Assembly: GCA_005878385.1 (NCBI GenBank)
Contig: VBMN01000074.1
Span: 1-40,672 of the forward strand
DNA length: 40,672 nucleotides
Source of the DNA: Methanobacteriota archaeon
GTDB lineage: Archaea > Thermoplasmatota > Thermoplasmata > RBG-16-68-12
Direction: 5' to 3'
Positions within the stretch are counted from its first letter, which is position 1, and every line of letters starts with the position of its first letter. Both the position numbers and the translations under genes were made by a program. Below are positions 36,080 to 40,672 of this stretch, in pieces. A model generated the notes under the pieces. The model was not told where the DNA came from, searched no databases, and worked only from the letters and a program-made list of their open reading frames with translations.

Positions 36080-37333
36080 TCAATGCTTGAACAGCCGCGT
36101 CCCCGTGAACACCATGGCGATTCCGGCCTCATCGGCGGCCGCGATCACTTCCGCATCGCGGATCGAACCGCCCGGTTGTGCAATCACGGCGACGCCCCCT
36201 TTCGCCAATTCGTCGAGGCCGTCCCGGAACGGGAAATAGGCGTCGCTCACCGCGACGCTCCCGCGAGCCGCCCCTTTCGCCTTGTAGCAGGCGAACGTCC
36301 CTTTCTTCTTTCCTTTCAACATCTCGAGCGCCTGCGGCTCGTACCCCGGGGCGATGACCGCGTCGAGCACGTCCCCCTTCATCGCCTTCGCCGTCGGAAG
36401 GTCGATCGTTCGGTTCACGCCGACGACGCCCCCGTAGGCGGAGATTGGATCGGCGGCATGGGCCTCCTCGTAGGCCTGCGCGAGGGTCGGGCCCAGTGCA
36501 ACCCCCGAAGGGTTCGTGTGCTTGATCACGACCGCGGCGGGACGCTCGAATTCCGTCGCGACGCGGAGGGCCGCGTCGAGGTCGATCAGATTGTTGTACG
36601 ACAGCTCCCGGCCCTGGAGTCGCTCCGCGGTCGCGGTCGCCGCGAATCGGTACGGTTCCCGATACAGCGCGGCCCGCTGGTAGGGGTTCTCGCCGTACCG
36701 GAGGTCAGCAATCTTGTCATACGCGAGGCGGAGAGCCGGGGGGAGCGATCCTCCTTGGCGGGAGGCGAGGTAGTTGAAGATCGCGGCATCGTACCGGGAC
36801 GTGTATTCGAACGCCTCGAGGGCGAGATCCTCCCGGAGTTTCGCCGGAAGCCCCTTGTGTTCCCGCCACGCCTGAAGCACGTCGCGGTACCGGGCGGGGT
36901 TCACGAGCACGCCGACCCGCGAGGCATTCTTTGCGGCGGCCCGAATCAGGGAGACACCTCCGATGTCGATGTTCTCGACCGCGTCGTCCGCCGTCACGTC
37001 CGGCTTGGCCACGGTCGCCTCGAACGGGTACAGATTCACGATGACGAGATCGATCGCGACGGCGCCCAGATCCTGGAGGTCCTTCTCGTCTCCGGTCGGC
37101 GCGAGGATTCCGGCGAAGATGCGGGGATGCAAGGTTTTCACGCGGCCGCCGAGTCCTTCGCGGAGGCCCGTGTAATCGGCGACGGTCGTGACGGAGAGGC
37201 CTGCTTCCATCAGGGCCTTCGCGGTCCCGTCCGTGCCGATTAACTCAAAGCCGAGGTCCCGCAAACCGCGGGCCAACTCGACCAGCCCCTCCTTGTCCGA
37301 TACGCTGAGGAGCGCCCGCGGGGGAGAAACCAT
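36080..37333 (-). CDS. purH: PurH (IMP cyclohydrolase / AICAR formyltransferase) with apparent in-frame internal deletion
   Basis: ALLSVSDK, GRVKTLHP, NIDIGG, LRYGENPYQ, SYNN..D, KHTNP, SDAYFPF, QPGGS, R.FKH; 417 aa; lacks the KSNAI and GAGQxSR segment. Confidence 0.9.
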   Translation of the reverse strand: MVSPPRALLSVSDKEGLVELARGLRDLGFELIGTDGTAKALMEAGLSVTTVADYTGLREGLGGRVKTLHPRIFAGILAPTGDEKDLQDLGAVAIDLVIVNLYPFEATVAKPDVTADDAVENIDIGGVSLIRAAAKNASRVGVLVNPARYRDVLQAWREHKGLPAKLREDLALEAFEYTSRYDAAIFNYLASRQGGSLPPALRLAYDKIADLRYGENPYQRAALYREPYRFAATATAERLQGRELSYNNLIDLDAALRVATEFERPAAVVIKHTNPSGVALGPTLAQAYEEAHAADPISAYGGVVGVNRTIDLPTAKAMKGDVLDAVIAPGYEPQALEMLKGKKKGTFACYKAKGAARGSVAVSDAYFPFRDGLDELAKGGVAVIAQPGGSIRDAEVIAAADEAGIAMVFTGTRLFKH

Positions 37334-37411
37334 CCCTATTACCGAGTCCCCATAGGGAGAACCCAATTAAAGGTTGGGACAACCGTGGATGAATCCGCTC
37401 GCTCGCGGCAT

Positions 37412-38359
37412 TCACCCGGGTAGATCGGGACGGGGCGCGAGGCCCGCGTCCTTCAGCACCTTCGATACCACGCCGTCCCAGCCCACGGGCATGATATGAA
37501 CGCCGCGGACGCCTTCGATTTTTTTCAACGCCTTGATCGTTCGGACCGCGATGCTCACGCCTTCCGCCTTCGGATTCGGCGCCTTCTCCATTCGGTCCAT
37601 GATATGCTTGGGGACGACCGCTCCGAGTTTGTCCTCCATGAACCGCGCCATCTTCAATGATTTCAATGGGATCACGCCGGCGAGGATATACACCTTCTCG
37701 TGAAGCCACTCCTTTCGCACGAGGCGCATCCATTCCTCGAAGGCGGCGACGTCGTAGACCCCTTGGGTCTGCACGAAATCGGCGCCGGCCATGACCTTCG
37801 CCCGAAGTTTGCCGAACGACTCCTCTTTCGAGCCGCGAAACGGATCCGCCGCGGCGCCGATGAACACCCTCGGCGGCGTCTCGACGGTGTCGCCCCCTCG
37901 GAGGGTCCCGCTCTCTCGAAGATTCCGAACCGTCTCGATCATCTCCTCCGTCTTCAGGTCGAAGACCCCCTTCGCCTCCCGCTCGTTCCCAGCGGAAGGA
38001 GGGTCGCCCCAGAGACACAGCACGTTCCGGATTCCGAGGGCGGCCGCCCCGAGCAGGTCTGCTTGGAGCGCGATCCGATTCCGATCGCGGACGACCATTT
38101 GCATGACCGGCTCGACGCCTTCCTGGAGCACGATCGCCGCGGCCGCGAGGGAGGAGATCTGCACACGGGCCCGCGTGCAGTCCGTCACGTTGCACGCATC
38201 GACGGCCCCTCGGTACCGGGCGGCGTTCTGCCGGATTTCCGTCGCATCCGCCGACGCCGGCGGCGCGATTTCTGCTGTGACCGCAAATGCGCCCGAGGCC
38301 AGGACGCGTTCCAGGCGACTCCCCGAGCGGATCGCGCGGACGCCCACCGCCTCCGCCAT
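37412..38359 (-). CDS. metF: Methylenetetrahydrofolate reductase
   Basis: TAEIAPP, NVTD, RDRNRIALQADLLGA...NVLCL.GD, KV.AGADFVQTQ, GVHIM. Confidence 0.92.
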   Translation of the reverse strand: MAEAVGVRAIRSGSRLERVLASGAFAVTAEIAPPASADATEIRQNAARYRGAVDACNVTDCTRARVQISSLAAAAIVLQEGVEPVMQMVVRDRNRIALQADLLGAAALGIRNVLCLWGDPPSAGNEREAKGVFDLKTEEMIETVRNLRESGTLRGGDTVETPPRVFIGAAADPFRGSKEESFGKLRAKVMAGADFVQTQGVYDVAAFEEWMRLVRKEWLHEKVYILAGVIPLKSLKMARFMEDKLGAVVPKHIMDRMEKAPNPKAEGVSIAVRTIKALKKIEGVRGVHIMPVGWDGVVSKVLKDAGLAPRPDLPG

Positions 38360-38412
38360 CGGGGCGATGGAACACGCCGAATGCTATCTATGCTTCGCTC
38401 GAATCTGAGATC

Positions 38413-39645
38413 CTACCATCCGTATCGATCGCACAGTTCCAAGGTGCGGATCATGCGGAGGAAGTCGCGTGCATGGAGCGCAAGCCAAGGCTTCCGGACG
38501 ACGACCCGAAGAGTCAGTCTCGCATCCACCGCACGCCAATCGAGCCCTTGCAGTTCCTCGGTCACGGAGTTCATCAGGCGATCGCTCCAGGTTCGAACGC
38601 GCTCGATCATCCAGGAAAGGAGGGGGTCGAGGAACGGGGACGACCGCAAGATCCGATCGTAGGCCATCATCGCGTTCGGGTCCTCGCCTTCGAGGGCCGC
38701 CACGGCGCATTCCCCTGCGATGCGCCCGCTGAAGAGTCCCGGATGGATTCCCGCGCCGTTCATCGGATTCGTGATGCCACCCGCATCACCGACGATCGCG
38801 AGGCCGGGCATCGCGAGCGCGGACAAATCATATCGGTACGGGATCGAGCCGGCGATCGTCTGCGTGCGGCGCGCGATGTCGATCCCGAACTTCCGACAGA
38901 AGGCCACCGTCGCGGCGTGTCCATCGATCGGTCCTCCCGCGCCGACGTTCACGTGCTCCCCTTTGGGGAAGACCCACGCGTAGCCGCCTTCGTATGCTCG
39001 ACTCACAAACAGGAGAAAGAAATCCGGATCGAGGATGGGCACGTCCTCGCGGCGGAAACGGTACTCGTACGCGACGATCTTCTCGAGGCTCCGCACCAGG
39101 CCCGCCTGCCTCGCGACGAGGCTCGCCGGTCCATCCGCCCCGATGACGATTCGCGTGTCGACGTGTCCGCCATTCGCTTCGATCCGCCAGCCCCCGTCGT
39201 GCCGGGAGATCGCCGTCACCCGGGATGATGTCCGCAGGTCCGCGCCATCGTCCACCGCCCCATCCACGATCCACCGATCGAAGGCCGGCCGATCAATCGC
39301 GTATCCGGGCAGCCGCGTGATGTAGAACCACTTCCCGTTCGGGGCGACTGCCTTCGCACCCGACACCCGCTGCGCGATCCACTCCTCGCGGGGCCGGAGG
39401 CCGTTTGACTCGAGGCCAAACTCGCTCACTCCCTCCGCGCATTGCACCGGCTCGCCGACGACCTTCTTCTTATCGAGGAGCGCGGTTCGGAAGCCCGCGG
39501 CCGCGAGCTGCCGCGCGGCCATTCCTCCGGAAGGACCGGCACCGACGACGACCGCGTCGAACACGTCGGCTCGGGAGCCGGGTGCGGATATATCGGCCTT
39601 ACGCCGTGGCCTCGGCGGGGAATCGTCCCGCGAGGTCTTCACCAT
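38413..39645 (-). CDS. Geranylgeranyl reductase family flavoprotein
   Basis: VVGAGPSG, PVQCAEG, DR..FD, IGADG, GYAWVFPKG, VGDAGG..NP..GAGI; start may be downstream (GTG 39564) because 39645 overlaps the HTH gene. Confidence 0.88.
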   Translation of the reverse strand: MVKTSRDDSPPRPRRKADISAPGSRADVFDAVVVGAGPSGGMAARQLAAAGFRTALLDKKKVVGEPVQCAEGVSEFGLESNGLRPREEWIAQRVSGAKAVAPNGKWFYITRLPGYAIDRPAFDRWIVDGAVDDGADLRTSSRVTAISRHDGGWRIEANGGHVDTRIVIGADGPASLVARQAGLVRSLEKIVAYEYRFRREDVPILDPDFFLLFVSRAYEGGYAWVFPKGEHVNVGAGGPIDGHAATVAFCRKFGIDIARRTQTIAGSIPYRYDLSALAMPGLAIVGDAGGITNPMNGAGIHPGLFSGRIAGECAVAALEGEDPNAMMAYDRILRSSPFLDPLLSWMIERVRTWSDRLMNSVTEELQGLDWRAVDARLTLRVVVRKPWLALHARDFLRMIRTLELCDRYGW

Positions 39646-40126
39646 GGGCGGTCGTCCGATAGACGTAGGGCGGGACGCCGCGGCGAAGCGCGGGCCCGCG
39701 CTGCTTCGAGACGAGCTGGACCGCGGTCAGGACGCGGAGGCTGTTCACGGTCGTGTATTCGGAGAGGCCCATCTCCTCCACGATCTCATTCGCGCTCGCG
39801 TCGGGATGGTCCCGCAGGAAATGGAGGATTGCGACCTTCTGTCGGTCGAGGACCTCCGAGATCGGTCGTTTCTCCGAGCGCGGCTCGAGTTCCAGTCGCT
39901 CGTACAACCGCTTGCCCTGCTCCGAGGGGGTCACGACGACCTGGAGGAGGGCCTCCTTTTCGATCTCGAGCAGGTGCTTCGCCACCGCCGCAGGCGCGAT
40001 CCCCATCTGGGCGGCGAGCTCCGAGATCTTCGAGTCCCGATTTCGATACACCTTGTTCTCGACCACGATCGAGAGGACCTCGCGCTGGCGCTCCGTGAGG
40101 AGTCGAGACCAGTCGGTAGAGTGCAT
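39599..40126 (-). CDS. Two-domain HTH transcription regulator (Bat/HTH_10-like plus winged HTH)
   Basis: LTERQREVL...Y...ISELAAQMGI...V.KHL..IE; second domain ILHFL..HP..SANEI..EMGLS..T....L..L. Confidence 0.75.
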   Translation of the reverse strand: MHSTDWSRLLTERQREVLSIVVENKVYRNRDSKISELAAQMGIAPAAVAKHLLEIEKEALLQVVVTPSEQGKRLYERLELEPRSEKRPISEVLDRQKVAILHFLRDHPDASANEIVEEMGLSEYTTVNSLRVLTAVQLVSKQRGPALRRGVPPYVYRTTAHGEDLAGRFPAEATA

Positions 40127-40182
40127 CCGCAGGTCAAAGGCCGGGACCCGTCTTAAGCGTTTTTGTGGGACGCCGGCGAAGG

Positions 40183-40238
40183 GTCGTTGTCAGACAAAAA
40201 CAGCGTACGAAATCGCGGCGTGGCGTCGTTGTCAGACA
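40183..40238. repeat. Two exact 14-bp direct repeats GTCGTTGTCAGACA (putative operators)
   Basis: Copies at 40183-40196 and 40225-40238, 42 bp apart, each containing the palindrome TGTC-A-GACA, between the divergent HTH gene and folD. Confidence 0.8.
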
Positions 40239-40303
40239 CGTCGCTCTCCATCGTCTCCAAGGCTATAACCGGTGGGCCGTCTTCCCGATTTTCCGGTGAT
40301 GGA

Positions 40304-40672
40304 GTGCCCGGCGCGCTCATCGACGGGAAGAAAATTGCGGACGACGTTCGCGCGGATCTGAAACCGCGCCTCGCCGCCCTCGCCGACCGCGGGATCGTGC
40401 CGGGTCTCGCCGCGATCATCGTCGGAGAGGATCCGGGGTCGAAGCTCTATGTGAAGATGAAGGGCAAGGCCTCCGAGGAAATGGGCCTCGCGCATTGGAC
40501 CGTCGAGTTGCCCGAGCAGGTACCCGAGCGTCGTTTGCTCGACGAGATCGCCCGGCTGAATGCGGATTCGAAGGTCCACGGGATCCTCGTCCAGCGGCCG
40601 CTCCCCCCGCAGATCCGCGTGGACGCGGCCGTCTCCGCGGTGGATCCGCAGAAGGACGTGGACTGCTTCCAT
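40304..40672 (+). CDS. folD: Methylene-THF dehydrogenase/cyclohydrolase FolD, 3'-truncated by window edge, not in ORF track
   Basis: Hand translation from GTG 40304: MPGALIDGKKIA...PGLAAIIVGEDPGSKLYV.MK...LNAD.KVHGILVQRPLP...KDVDCFH. Confidence 0.95.
   Translation, partial: MPGALIDGKKIADDVRADLKPRLAALADRGIVPGLAAIIVGEDPGSKLYVKMKGKASEEMGLAHWTVELPEQVPERRLLDEIARLNADSKVHGILVQRPLPPQIRVDAAVSAVDPQKDVDCFH

Noticed and set aside
39599-39645. 47-nt overlap between the HTH gene and the geranylgeranyl reductase
   Set aside because: Most likely an over-extended start call; homology begins near GTG 39564
40183-40238. Direct repeat considered as a mini-CRISPR
   Set aside because: Only two 14-bp copies, too short for CRISPR repeats, and no cas genes; better explained as operators
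1-40672. Stop-codon readthrough (Sec/Pyl), programmed frameshifts, mobile elements
   Set aside because: Recognised genes end at family-appropriate positions, and no split genes, integrases or transposases were seen by eye

Overview
GC-rich archaeal chromosomal segment, most consistent with Thermoplasmatota. This is an inference from TBP, the exosome/proteasome superoperon, FtsZ, an AGT-EndoV fusion and folate-dependent purN/purH/folD/metF. It is mostly housekeeping: the Pop5-psmA-SBDS-rrp4/41/42-rpl37ae-rpoP-pcc1-prefoldin run, DUF106-cmk-cbf5, ribB-ribL-ribC-ribH, metG and a folate/purine cluster. No CRISPR array, transposase or integrase was seen. Several items are absent from or misrepresented by the ORF track. 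(1) There are two tRNAs, iMet and Ser-GGA, each interrupted by a non-canonical T-loop (59/60) bulge-helix-bulge intron; the iMet gene also has a canonical 37/38 intron. (2) A 12-codon lysine-rich micro-ORF (MAKKKKGKKKKR) has its own TATA box, Shine-Dalgarno and terminator. (3) A candidate ~60-nt sRNA exposes an anti-SD-like motif. (4) A tandem KaiC-like ATPase pair with reciprocal motif losses lies directly upstream of ftsZ. (5) A GTC-N-GAC operator-like motif is repeated before folD/HTH and ftsZ. Also seen: a 4xCBS+HPF-like hibernation factor candidate, an AGT-EndoV fusion lacking the acceptor Cys, a purH with an in-frame internal deletion, and an amidohydrolase apparently starting at ACG. 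All assignments come from motif recognition by eye; no searches were run.
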